Shown: positions 45,860-58,413 of the stretch, one piece after another | Position numbering within the stretch: position 1 is the first letter of the stretch | Layout of the letters: each line of letters begins with the position of its first letter | Source of the DNA: Patellaria atrata CBS 101060 | Lineage: Eukaryota | Length of the DNA stretch: 64,000 bases | NCBI GenBank assembly: GCA_010093705.1 | Contig: MU006099.1 | Coordinates: 496,001-560,000 of the forward strand | Reading direction: 5' to 3' | Position numbers and translations under genes: made by a program | The notes under the pieces: generated by a model | What the model saw: the letters and a program-made list of their open reading frames with translations, nothing else | Told to the model about the DNA's origin: nothing | Database searches by the model: none

Positions 45860-48800
45860 GAGTTTTAGCAAATATTTGATCAAGAGAATAACAGAAACTG
45901 AAGAGATATGGAAGGATGATGGAAATTGATAATGACCTTATATGATTTGAGAGACTGTTTATGCATTTGTTATCTTTTCCGATCTGACTGCTGTTTAGCG
46001 CGGTGTTGAGGAGATTATACGCATCGAGTCACTTAAGAGATTCATACTTGTATTTTTTTTGATGTACAATAGCATACCTCATGATTGAGGTAATTTTCGA
46101 CAAGGCATTTGTAGATATTACCTTAGTAGACTCAAGAGAGTTTGAAATGTGCCATCCCGTTATTACATATTTACTGGTCCGTGCACAACTCCTCTCTAGG
46201 CTAAGAGGGACTTCTACAACAAAATTATCTTCCACCTTCGCATCTTATTGTTTGTTTGTCAGAAGGTCATCTCAGGACCGTGGCGGCTCTTATGTGATCA
46301 CGTCGTTTGCTATCATGGTCCCGCGTGTTCTGTAGCTTGTATGAAGCACATGCTCAGTAGGATGTTCAGCAATAAATAACAGAAAGCATCCTCTTTCAGT
46401 CAGATTACCAGTTAACCGCTCAAAATCATCAGAGCACGAGTTTCCAAACTCAGCGTTGCGGAAGCGATATCGATATCACTCTTTTCATATACTTTCAAAT
46501 TCTATATTCAATATACAGTCATACTTTTGGGTTTCGCAACTCCTCTTTTCAACCTTTTCATCATCTCCCTTTCAACATCCTTCTGCTTCGTCCTTTGCAC
46601 ATTCTTCAATTCTACATACTTTAAGGCTTCAGAATGCCAACATGGGATCTCACGATTCTTGCCACTGGCGTAACTGTACATATGTGGTCACTTCTCGAAC
46701 GCCGTGAGGAAAGACAGACTTCTGGAGGTCTATTGCTATCAGGTTGAACTGCACAATCATCTCTTTAAGGTCCGGAATCATGGCACAAAAACCCAAGTAT
46801 TGGGTGTGGAGAGGCCAAGGGCAAGAGATGATCTTTTCTGTCCAGTTCCAACAACGGGTGGAAGGAAAGCCGCGTTCTACCAATCCTTTTCCGGTGTTTC
46901 TCACTTAGAACGCAAAGGAGCATACTTTCCCCGAGATGAGAGCTGAATCGCTCAATCGAAAGCGTCAAAGTAAGATCTAGTGGATAGTGTTCGGTACGCA
47001 ATTCAACAGTACAAGGGGACGAGAAATGAGAATACTTCGGTTTGAGCTGGCGACGTTCAATGCTTACCGATTCACCCTCAGATTAGGGTACTGTCCTCAA
47101 TACTTATGCATTCTTACCTTTCTTGCTGAGATATGGTTACCTTTGCTGAGATACTTGACCATTCCCAAGACAACATCAGTGGTTACGACAAGCTGTTTGA
47201 CGAAGAGCCAGGTCAGCATTATGAACTATTGATGGCTCAAACGATGGCTCGAGATATCGCTCTGAAGTTTCTGGACTGATGGCTCAACAGTTCAGGTGCA
47301 GAGTGGACCCCTCAACGATTGAGTCAACTCCCTCAACGACTGATGTAATTCCCGAAATTTATGGATACGTACCTGTCTTCTCCCCTTTGATCCTGGAGGT
47401 TATTGCGTAAACGTCATCAGGTTACATCAACCCGCCCCGCCAATACTGCTCATTTCTGATTCAAGAGATATCTGGCTGCAAGAAATCTGTCGGGAACAAG
47501 GTCGTCCACCCTTAGAGCTCCGGTACCTTTGGGATCGCTAATGGATCCCTTAACAGTATCACGCAAGACATTCCCTCCTTACGAACATTAAGTCTATTGG
47601 GGGCGGGTTAGAAAAGCATCGAGTTGGTAAGAATACCCACGACTTACCACCCACGGCTACGAGAGGCTGATGTCCAAATCGCTAATCTCACCTCCCGAGA
47701 TGCACGGTGGAGGCACCATTTCAACAAGACTTCTATGACATCCTAGGTCCAGTGAGAACAGAAGTGAATATGAATGTAAGCATTTCGACAACGGAATGGA
47801 ATGGGCCTCGGTATATGCAAAGGTTCCATTTCTATTAGGTTCGCGCTTGGGGTTCAGAGTATCAATGCAGCGCAGAAGAGAATGGGTGGCACGTATCACA
47901 TGAGCGAGGAACGTCAAAGAAAGATTAGTATAGCGAGACCACAGCGCTTGGGGACTAAGAGGGAATATATCATTCCGCTGAGATTAGGCGCTAGCGAGGT
48001 TAAAGATTCCACTGTGTTTATTATCATCAGCTTCATTGTTAAGTTGATCCCCCAAAGGCCATTCTTATGAGTCCGACTTGCGCAGTTAATATGTCCTTCT
48101 AACTATCTTTCCTTTAACAGTTCCGTCGGTCATTTTATAGTGCTCTTTCCAGTATGCTAGAAAGTGCTAAGTAACCAAATGGAAACTTGAAAGTGGAGCG
48201 GGATAATGGATCCTTGGGCCTTAGGTTAATCGAACAGAAGATATTCAGGCACCGAGTATGAATAGAATAGATATAGGGAACAACAAGATATTCCTACAGT
48301 ATCTAGTAAATGCAAGCAACCAATAGATCGGATACACCTACCCCGAGTTTCTCTACTTTCGAGTGGAATAATGATTGCGCTCCTTACCATCTCACACACC
48401 TACATGTTCCATACCAGTATGATGTCAAAGACGAATCCCATGATCATTGATCAGGACACGAAGGTTCCGGAGATGCGGCCGCAATCGGGGGTTAGGAGAA
48501 AGTGCTGAGCCGAGGACTCGGTTTGACAGGTAACTGACAGGTTATCAGCTATAGTGGTGATACGTATAGTCTGCTTATGCAAGGTTAAAAGCACATGAAG
48601 AACACAAGTAGCATGATATAGATGTTAGTTGTAGGTGTCAGAGATCGAGAGGGCGGTAAAAGGATTATGTGAACTTATGTCAGAAGTGCTTGCGTAGCAA
48701 ATAGAATCCGTGGGCTAATTGAGTTGATTGACTGGTGTTTTACATGGTGGACATGGTCGAGTGTTAGACCTATCTCTTTCGGATTAGCTTCAATGGCATC

Positions 48801-49126
48801 AGATATGGATAGAGCCGCTATCGCGCAAATTTAGAGGGAACTGCAGCATTAGACACCTTCTTCAACACTAAACATCAATAATTCTACCTGTCGCTACCCT
48901 ACACTACTGCCACACCGCAGATGGATCGTCAAAGTACCCTGGACCCGTCTGGACTACGGCCGTCCCGCCTAAGATTCCGTCCGCTATCAATGCTCCTAAA
49001 TTCGCGCCGCACTCCAATGTCAGATATATAAGCCCTCCTTTCAAAGGAGATTCCGCCCCTCTATCTACACTACCCCAGAATCCACACACAAACAACAAGC
49101 CGTGTGCGGTAGAATTCTCCGCGGCC

Positions 49127-50416
49127 ATGGCATTACCATTGTCCCCCGCGCCAATGGCTCTAGAACTCGACCTCAAGGGTGTCGAGGGGGTTTACGAATC
49201 TCTCCGAGGCCTCAAGCGGAAGCGCTCCCTCCCAACTACCCCGCCACTCTCCATTCATGACGAGGACAGCGTGGATATCGTAAATCGCGCTGTTCATATA
49301 TTGTCGACGGAGGCTGCGGCTTTGTCGCATGTGACGAGACTGTATCAGACAAACTCGGTGGCAAAAGATGGGCTCATCAACGCTGTTGACTGCGTAGTTG
49401 AGGTTAATCGCAGGGGGGGAAAGCTCATAATATGTGGTATCGGGAAGAGCGGATTAGTGGGAATGAAGACAGTGGCTACGATGAAGAGTCTAGGCTTGGC
49501 CTGCTCATTCATGCATGCCGCCGAAGCAGTACATGGGGATCTTGGGGATATCAGAATAGTATGAGACTCTATCCTCGTGAAAGTGATATCCGCTAACATA
49601 TGCCAGAACGATGCCGTCCTCTTTATCACCTTCTCGGGGAAGACGGCCGAATTGGTTAATCTGCTACCTCACATCCCCGAGGACACAACTGTTATGGTAT
49701 TGACCGCTACCCTCAACGCCGAACAGTGTCCTCTCCTCGCCGGTAGACAGGACTCTATCCTACTCCCGGCACCAATACGTGAGTCGGAAGAGACATCATT
49801 TGGTGTCTGTGCACCCACAACATCCACCACCGTCGCCATTGCCGTCGGGGATATGCTAGCCCTCACAGTCGCGGATCGAATGCACCAAGATCAGACATCA
49901 GACGTATTCCGGAAGAACCATCCAGGAGGCGCGATAGGGGCAAAGTTCGTACGATCTCCTGCGCTCTTGAACGACGTTGCCGTACTACTGGACGAGATAC
50001 CACTTGTCTCATATTCCGACGGAAAACCTTGTGTAATAGAAATCCTCCACGCAGCCGCGAACACCCCACACGGTTGGGTTAGAACCTCGGATCGGCATGT
50101 CATGAGACCACGAGACGTCAAGCGCCTGCGCAACTCAACCCAGATCCCGACGCTGCAGTGCGAACTACCACCCGCATATGCAAAACTGGAACGACTTCCG
50201 CTCGTCGAGGCCATAGAGCTAGCTCAAGGCTGTCAGGGACAGTTCAAGCAGCCAGTTATGGGCATCGGCAACGGCCCTCAGATTTCACTCGTCGATACGG
50301 AGCTCTTGCGAGAATTTCCGGTAAATCTAAGTGTCGATAATTCGGCGGAGATATCGCTCAGTGCGTTGGATAAGCTTAACTCGATACATGGTAGCTGGAA
50401 GCGGATCAGGAGATGA
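49127..50416 (+). CDS. SIS-domain sugar-phosphate isomerase, KpsF/GutQ family; exons 49127-49558, 49607-50416
   Basis: 'GKLIICGIGKSGLVG', 'FMHAAEAVHGDLG', 'TFSGKTAEL', 'APTTSTT', 'FRKNHPGGAIG'; 48-nt GTATGA..GCTAAC..CAG intron. Confidence 0.92.
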
Positions 50417-51437
50417 CATGGCGCGACCTATCGGCCGGAGTGGTAGATATATAGATGATGGAGGCGGAGGGTGGTAGAGCAGTTTCTTATAGAAGTCCGT
50501 AATGCTGACGAATCCGTATCTCACGTCCTCGAATGAGGTTCTTCAGTCCCGCTTCGTTAATATCGTTCTTTCGTTGCAGTGAACTCAAAAGAATTCTCTA
50601 CCGCTTCACCTCTTTCATTCTTCCATCCTCAGTATTCCTCCCTTCTCCCTTTCCTCCTTTCTTTCTTCTCATTGTTTCTGACAAGTTGACATCGCCGTCC
50701 TCTCACATCTACTTCCCACGTCTCCCGTCCCAGTATACTTGATATACACGCTGTCATAACCTCACCGAGATATACCAATGCGACTTTCCTCTGCGCGCGT
50801 CACACCTCCTTACCCCGGCACCCCTTTCCCCTCCAAACCAAAACTCAGCGCATACGATACCAACCCAACCCCCTCTGCTCTCCCTCTACACCATGCCGTC
50901 ACCTCGGTGTAAGCAGTCAGCAGTCACCCCGTTATGGTAACTAGGTACCTGACGCCGTTTCCTGGTGTGCAGTTCTACCGACCGTTCGGCGGGTTGCGTT
51001 GGGGATGTGAGGTGTAGTTTGCTGGGGGTTGTGAATCATATGCGGGGAAGGGGGAATATGGGTTGAAGGAGATGTATAGTTTGGTTGGATTAGAGGTTGT
51101 TTCTTACGGTGGTTGTATAGGAGGGGATGTATAAGGCGTAGTTCTTGTAAGATCGTAAGGGGTATGGTTCGCTCAATTGTATGTGGCACCCTTTTTTTTC
51201 CCTTTTTTTTCCTCTTTTTTTGGGGAGGGGGGGGGGGGGGAAAGGAGGTTTTAGGTGTACAGTTGTATCAGAATTTTGAGGCCAGTAGAAGATTGTGGGT
51301 TAGTATGTTGGAGTATACGATAGATTATGCGGTGCACCCTAACGGTACTGTTTGGTTGGACTGTAGTGTTCACTTGTATCGTACAGTTCTTTCATGAGGC
51401 ACAGGTCTGTTATATAGGATAGTTCTTCGTAACGTAT

Positions 51438-51600
51438 AGTTCTCTCATACCCGTACAGTTCTCTCATACCCGTACAGTTCTCTCATACCCGTACAGTTCT
51501 CTCATACCCGTACAGTTCTCTCATACCCGTACAGTTCTCTCATACCCGTACAGTTCTCTCATACCCGTACAGTTCTCTCATACCCGTACAGTTCTCTCAT
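51438..51600. repeat. 19-bp minisatellite (AGTTCTCTCATACCCGTAC) x ~8.5
   Basis: Directly visible perfect tandem array with degenerate flanking copies. Confidence 0.95.
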
Positions 51601-52052
51601 TCCACACAATTCTCCCATACCATACAAATCCTCTCATACCACACACTGGTAGGGTGGAACGATGGTGTTTTTGTTACCTGTTCGATTCGAGTTCGGGCTC
51701 GGGTTCGGATCTAAGCCACATTGTCTGGTTAGGAATGTGTTTAGGACGGGTATAGGGGTGTTGTATAGGGTGTACGGATCGTGGTAGAGATGGCGGTGGA
51801 GAGACGGAGAGACAAGCCACGACCTCATATTACCTCATGGTGTCGTAGAGTAAAGCCCCGAGCACATTTGGAAAGAAAACAAGGATCGCCACCTTTCTTT
51901 CATAAGCATTCCTCTTAAGGGTTCGACTCAGTATGATACACGACATGACCTCCTATCAACAAAAAACGGGGTATCAACTCTCTCTCTCTCTCTTCTCTCT
52001 TCCATTCCCACTCTCTCTCTTCCATTCCCACTCTACCTCTCCATCCTCCCCC

Positions 52053-52969
52053 TTACAAAGCCAACAACGCAGCAAAGCCAACAACAGCGCCGACAACACC
52101 CGCACCCGCGCCGCTCACCCTCAAATCGGCCGCAGCGCCCGTGGACGTCTCCTCCGCGGCGGACTCGGTGGGCGTCGGCTCATCGTGGTCCATGTGCGTG
52201 GCGTCCGCGTTCATGAGCGGCACGCCCGCGACGCCGGTCGTGTTGGCGCACATGTCTGTGCTCAGCAGCTCAGCGTCGGCGGTGAAGGTGATGTCTGCGC
52301 ACTGTTTTATCAACTCGTTAGCTTAATACGCTCATCATGGGATAAGAGGTTCTGGAACGGGACAGGAATCGATGAAATGAAAGCGGATGGGTTTCCTTTT
52401 TTTTTTTTTCTAAAAAAAAAAAAGAAAAAAAAGAAAGAGAAATTAAAATCGAGATAAGGGCGGTGGATGGATAGATGGTACGTACATTATAAAGCGCGCT
52501 CCCGCTCCCGCTGGCCTGGATGAACTGCAACGTCGCATTCGTGCCCTCCTCGATGCCCAAATCCGCCAAACTCATCCCGCCCAACTCTCTCAAGCAGAAC
52601 GTGCCGTTGCCCGTCTGGTTGAACCCGGTGAGCAGACTCGTCTCAAAGCTCGTGACCTCGTTGCCGATTCCCAGGTTGACATAGGTCAATGCCCAGGGAT
52701 GATGGACCTCGAGGGAGATGCTGCCGCCGGTGAGAGGCCAGGCGGTGCGGTTGTTGGCGGACTCGGTTTGGTTTACGTTTGCGCCTGTTGGGAAGAATGA
52801 GAGAGATGGTTAGAGGAACGGGTGTGTTAGGGGATTGCTTACAGGGCCAGATCCATTGAGAGGCGGGCTCTTCGAAGGAGTCGCCGCGCCAGTATGGGTA
52901 GTCGACCCTGAAGTGGGCGGAGGTGAGGGTGAGGAGGGAGAGGAGAGGGAGAGAGGTGGTGGAGAGCAT
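52053..52969 (-). CDS. GPI-anchored copper-acquisition BIM1-like / X325 (LPMO-like) protein; exons 52969-52843, 52784-52486, 52301-52053
   Basis: Signal peptide ending ..TSA|HFRVDYPYWRG (N-terminal His), 'WPC', 'RTAWPLTGG..HHPW..YVNLGIG', 'GNGTFC', 'EGTNATLQ', 'ALYNCADITF', hydrophobic GPI tail. Confidence 0.88.
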
Positions 52970-55342
52970 TTTGAGGGATTGAGGATGGAATTGACTGGAA
53001 ATTGTACTGAATTGAGTTTGAGAATACCAGGAGATGAAAGCTAGGTAGATGAGGAAGTAGAGGGAGATGCAAGATCTGGGATTCCCGTAGCTTCTTAAAG
53101 AAATCTCACAAGCTGATGAAAGAGACAAATACCCCACGTTTAACCCCGGATCGATAGCTCCTTCTTAGTTTGTATTACCCATTACATGTGAGCAAAAGCT
53201 AGCCTAGTAACCTTACTAACTTACTACTTTATCTGTACCCCTCGTGAGTGCCCGCCATAGCGGCATACAGGGCCTCAATCTGGCTAGAACATTGCACCTA
53301 TCAGTAAGAAAAACCAGCAAACGAAAAAGCCGGCAGACAGGATGAGCAGATTGTGGCGTTCCGGTCTGTTGGTTACTTGGATGAGATGTAGCGGCTCTGC
53401 TGGATGGCGGTAATGGTGTGGAGAGAACTCACGCAAACTTGCTCATTTCCATCTTGGCGCCAAGATATCTGCATGCTTGACCATTGGGAAGCCATTCAGT
53501 ACGACGGTAAGGTAGCAAGCGAGCTTAACCAGGTCGCCGGGACACTGAAGGAGGAAAGAATATCTTCTAAGGACGGGTGGAAAGGCCGGTTCCCCAAAAG
53601 AGGGAATAGCAATTAATACCGAATGAAGAAAGAAAGAGAGATATTGAACATGAGAAACTTGAAAACTGTAAATTATCCTTTGCTTGATTATCCCTCTAAA
53701 TGAAAGGATGAACACTTCTGAGAAGCTGTTATGTTGATGATAAGGTACTGTTATACCAGATATACGTACATACCATCCCCTGCCAAATCCCACGTTCAGA
53801 GGCGTCAGTTACTGCAGGTACAGTAGAACGATCATCTCAACTGCACGACTTGCCCAAGAATGGGCGATATCCACGGGGAGTTTGCTCCTCGGAAGATTCC
53901 CGGTACGTAGCAATCGCAACCCTCTCAATACCCGGAGAGCAAATGAGATCGATGAGCTTCCCATGCATCTCCTCTTCCATGCGTGTCGTGAGTCTTGAAA
54001 CCGGGTTGACAGTCCAGTGCATCTTCCCCGTGGCGCTATAGATCCACTTCTCAAGGTTGAACCAGTATTCCCGTTTTCATATTCCTCCGATACTGTGCAT
54101 ATTCCATACCCTCCTCCTAGGGCCGCAGAGCATGTTCCTATAGGGCTGGAAGATGGTCCCTACATTCATAATATGCAGGTTTGTTTGTTAGGCCACCGGC
54201 CGTTGTAGGCCTGACGGATGATATCGATAACGGTGCGAGATCGCTGCTCCCGTTTCTTCCATCAAGTGACTCAGGTAAGCATCTAAAGAAAATGCTTAAC
54301 TTTTCTTTGGACGGGATTAGAAGGAAGATGACCAGATTCTCAGATGCTTAATAAAGAGGAAGGAAAATGCAATACTCTTCAGACGGCTAACCTGATATTG
54401 ACTGTAACCCACAACATCGATCAACGGTTTATTCGATCAGGTGATTCAGTTGAATCTCAGATACACACCTAAAGAAAATTCCTAAACACATCAACAAGTC
54501 AAGCAGAACGACGAATACAGAACTACTGAAGATTCAATGACGAGGCGTTTTTAATGATCTTGGATACCATGATGGAGACTGATACTTCTAATTCTAAAGC
54601 GAGAGTAAGATACCTACCTTACTGAAAGCGAACGATTGGACATAAAAAAAAGGAACAGCTGTTATAGATTGTCTTATTTACGACATTGTCGTCTCGAACT
54701 GCGTAGAGAGTTGCTGAAAGTTTAGGTGGAGACTTTGATAAAGGAGGCTGGAAAACGGTAAAACTACGGAGAACGTGTCATGCATCGCCTCGGGTAGACT
54801 TAACAACAACGGACGGGAGCTCCCATGCTCCACCACCGGTTTTGAGGTGGAGATCCTGTACCACAGATATTGCCAGATCCTAAGCCAGGCGTGCCAGGGT
54901 AGCTCTAAAGCTCAACTCAGCATTGAATTTCCTCACAGCATCACGAAAGCACATGATGATCAGAATTCATATAAACTCTCTTCATTGCCAAAAGCTATCT
55001 AACTACGCTATCCATGCCATTCATCGCAGACATCCAATAATCCTCCTCAATTGTATCTTCAAACAATAACCACGCAAAATCAGAAAAAAAAAAAGAGGGA
55101 CTCGGCTGCCATGAATCGAAATGGAAAGAAAAAGGGGGTATATCCACAAACCCTCGTCGGCAAATCCCCAGGACGAGTTCTTAATTTCCCTAAACGCATA
55201 TTCATTCATCGCATATTGACATTCGCAAAAGGCTTTGCTCTGCCATCACCCACTCCAACATGAAAGTAAGAACGGAGGGCAGAGCGAAGCCCCCCACACC
55301 GCGTTCCCAGCGTCGGTTATGAAAAATTTTCCCCCCGCCCTT

Positions 55343-55344
<2 letters not shown>

Positions 55345-55384
<40 letters not shown>
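55345..55384. repeat. 40-nt poly-G homopolymer
   Basis: Directly visible. Confidence 0.9.
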
Positions 55385-55385
<1 letters not shown>

Positions 55386-55859
55386 TGGAGGGGGGTTGTT
55401 GGTGTAGTAATAAAGCAAGTCCTACACCTGGAGGAGTACTACAAGAAAGTAATGATATTTGAGTTGTTGGCAGCGCGAGGACGAAAAAGCAGGATGTAAA
55501 GGGGTGTGTCTTCGTGTGAAAGAATTAGAAAGGCAGACAGATTAGACATGAGTGACATCAGAGACAAAAGAAAGCAGGACTGAGTATTAACACGTAAAAC
55601 ACGTCATCGACCAAGCTATCTCTTAAACTCCGATGCTCTCATCCAAATCAAAAAGCCCCGATCGACCACGATGGTGGTGAAGGTGCAAAATTCAGAATCA
55701 AACCGCTCATTACCACTACCCCGAGTGATTAATGCTTGGTAAAGGGCCGCTAAAGCAGCCGAAGAAATATAAAGAAAAGATAAGGTATTCGCTAAGATAA
55801 CACGATCTATGTATGCAAGATGACTCGGAATAGAAATGAGAATGACATTTCCACTACGG

Positions 55860-56249
55860 TCATAGAGCAAGTAGACCGAGACCAGCAGCGACGATAGCCA
55901 TTGCGCTGATACCGTGGACGGCGGCGGCGCCAGTAGGCTCAGGAACGGGAGCGGTAGGTGAGAAAGGAGCACCCGAACTTGAGATGAGAGTCGTCGTGTT
56001 GGCGCTCGGGTACGGGAAACCAGTGCTGGGGGCAGCGTATGAGTACGAGCTTGAGCTTTCGGTCGTGTATATTGTCGAGGTTGCGCTGTAAGTAGCTGCT
56101 GGTGGTGTACCGGTCATGGTCTCGGTAACGACACGGTAGACAGTGCGGGTGCTTGTGTAGGTCGTCATGAGGGTTGATGCCTCCTCAGCATTGGCTTGGG
56201 CGATCAATGGTGCTGCGATCAGCAGAAATGAGGAAAGAGTGAAGCGCAT
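55860..56249 (-). CDS. Small Ser/Thr-rich GPI-anchored cell-wall protein (129 aa)
   Basis: MRFTLSSFLLIAAPLIAQANA signal peptide, S/T-rich body, 'PTGAAAVHGISAMAIVAAGLGLLAL*' GPI signal. Confidence 0.85.
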   Translation of the reverse strand: MRFTLSSFLLIAAPLIAQANAEEASTLMTTYTSTRTVYRVVTETMTGTPPAATYSATSTIYTTESSSSYSYAAPSTGFPYPSANTTTLISSSGAPFSPTAPVPEPTGAAAVHGISAMAIVAAGLGLLAL

Positions 56250-57592
56250 TGTGGCTGTAGGTGGAATGCGGCTCGTGGTAAATCGATAACCGTATGGAAC
56301 TTTTGAAGGAATGTCACCGGAGCTCGGACCGGAAGTGTGGCTCTGGAATTCGATAAACCGGAATTGGTAGTATTGTTTGTTTACTGAAGCTGTAGAGCTA
56401 TGTGAAAGTTTGTACGCGAACGAACGTTCCGTTGAATTGAATTGCGATCGGGAATTGGTCGTGTGCTTCGTTGGATTCTTTAATGCGACGAGTATCGGAG
56501 TCAGAGAGAATGACTGTTGAGCTTTGAGCAAAGGCGCTGCCTGTTTATGGTAATTGCTGTTTGTCCTAAGGAGTGTAATTCGCAAAAATGCGAGAAGATG
56601 GTGAAGATGGTGAAGATGGTGGTTTCAACGGGTAAGAGTTGACTGTGAGAGTTTTGGAGTTGGAAGAAAAGTGGACGAGGCTGCGGGTGGTTGAGCTTAT
56701 GGGGGCGTCGAGACAGAGCTACGGGCGGGAAATGAGCAAGATCAAAGCTCATCTTAACCAATGGCCTTGGCACTCCAGTCCGGACAATAATTGCAACTTT
56801 AGCCCCTGCGCTAAATCAAACTGCCCCATTTTACCCCTCCATACCCGCTATGCCACGATATCCACCCACGTCTATCGCATCTGTTCGTTTGCAAACTTGA
56901 CCTGCAACGTCGTCTATCGGAGACCGTTACAGGGTACAGACGAGCGAACATGGTTAAAATCAGGTCAAAGGAAACTGAATCTCCAATCCTGCCCTCTCAA
57001 CCCTGAAAGGCGACAACGCGATTGGTGGCACAAATTAAGTTAAAATTTCGGGTCCAACCGCAGACCCGCATCTGTATGGGCAGGTCAGAGAGCCTCAGCA
57101 ACGAAATTGACGATCATAATCAGCAAAGATCTCTCCAGCAACAAACCCTCACCATCAATTAAGAAAGATAAAAATCACCACGATAATATAAAAATCCAAA
57201 CTAGACTATGAAGGCTCATCTCGCACCTTCCTCTCACCCACAAGAACCTCCATCCACGCATAAACACCTCGGAAACCCACCCCCCCCCAAAAGAAAAAAA
57301 ACGAAAAAAAACCAGAAAAAACCAGGAAAAAACAAAACTCATTCCCATACCCTCAAACACCTCCCAAAATAACCCTCCGTATCAGCCATCTCTTCGCGTG
57401 AAACCCTCGTGTCAGAGCACACACACACACACATCTTCATTGTCACTTTTGACCCTCTCCCGCGGCTATACTCCCTCCCCCAAGGCCCAAGCCGCCGATG
57501 AAAAATCAAGATTCCTATTAAATAAGCTCTAACGGCCCTTTTCCTTCATCAACGCTATCCCCAAAACCCCCTTTATCTGTATGCGCGCTATA

Positions 57593-57803
57593 CCCCACTG
57601 AGCCCAGCTCCACGAGACACCACTCACCGCGCTCCACCTTGATAGGTGAAACGTGGAGAGCGCGTTTTGAGTGTCTGAGTCGCAATCGAGCCTTGTCGAT
57701 GCTTAGTTTTCCGGTGAGAAATCTCGTGTCGCGTGTTACGGTGGACAATGCGGTTGATACTGTGTACACACAGTATGTGAGGAATATGCGTTTCTGTTAT
57801 ATC
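57593..57803 (+). ncRNA. Candidate large box H/ACA snoRNA (snR37-like)
   Basis: Nested helices 57595-600/57739-44, 57611-17/57722-28, 57623-29/57712-18, followed by ACA at 57745. Pocket strand AGCCCAGCTC is antisense to 25S rRNA GAGCUGGGUU. Second hairpin 57757-57776. Confidence 0.55.
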
Positions 57804-58413
57804 AAAGAGCGGTATTTGTATTGGTTGGATACATGTTGATGCTTAGTGATCTGTTGAGTGCTCTGTTACTCTGCTTTATGCATACCGTACAGCATGCGCG
57901 ATTGCCCGATGGAGGTACGCGGGTTGGTGATCGATTGTAAACTTGTATGAGAATAAGTCCCAATCGGGAAGAGAGATCAATGCAATTATCTACTCGAATT
58001 GATCATTATAGAAAAGTCTGCTGTATCAACCACCGCCCTCATAAACACAATTCACCGGGAAGGGAACCCTCCTCAAATCGCTATACAGATTATCCCATGG
58101 CCTGTATCCTAGGCTCATCGATAGACTCCATCGCTCATGATTATGTGACACACGTTCCTTCATAGTAGTACATCGGGCGGCAAGAATAGTCCCACCGCCT
58201 TTACTCGCTCCCAATCGATTAGTAGACCTCTCCTTTCTCTGAAGGGTTCCGACATATGTGCAGTGTATCCAGCATCGCAGCGTAGCAGTCCATCAACACG
58301 AAGCAGCATGCGGGGATGATGCGGCATCACATATCCCACCGCTCCGAACCTTCATTCTAAAGGTCCACCATGTTCATGTCGTGTAGCTTTACTTACCGCT
58401 CATACCTACGTCC

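Noticed and set aside
5369..50416. A secondary-metabolite or polysaccharide biosynthetic cluster (GT32, GT31, SIS isomerase, SDR, MFS, GH16)
   Set aside because: Genes are dispersed over 45 kb among housekeeping genes (MsrB, PEX11, PanE) with no backbone enzyme or cluster regulator
51438..51600. CRISPR-like array
   Set aside because: Contiguous identical 19-mers with no unique spacers, in a eukaryotic context; it is a minisatellite
51920..51929. GGTTCGACTC B-box / tRNA T-loop
   Set aside because: Flanks do not form a T-stem or cloverleaf and there is no A-box at a suitable spacing
57745..57795. snR30-like m1/m2 motifs on the minus strand (ATATTCCTC..CAACCGC)
   Set aside because: Mismatches at positions needed to pair with 18S rRNA, no properly spaced ACA, and G-U pairs favour the plus strand
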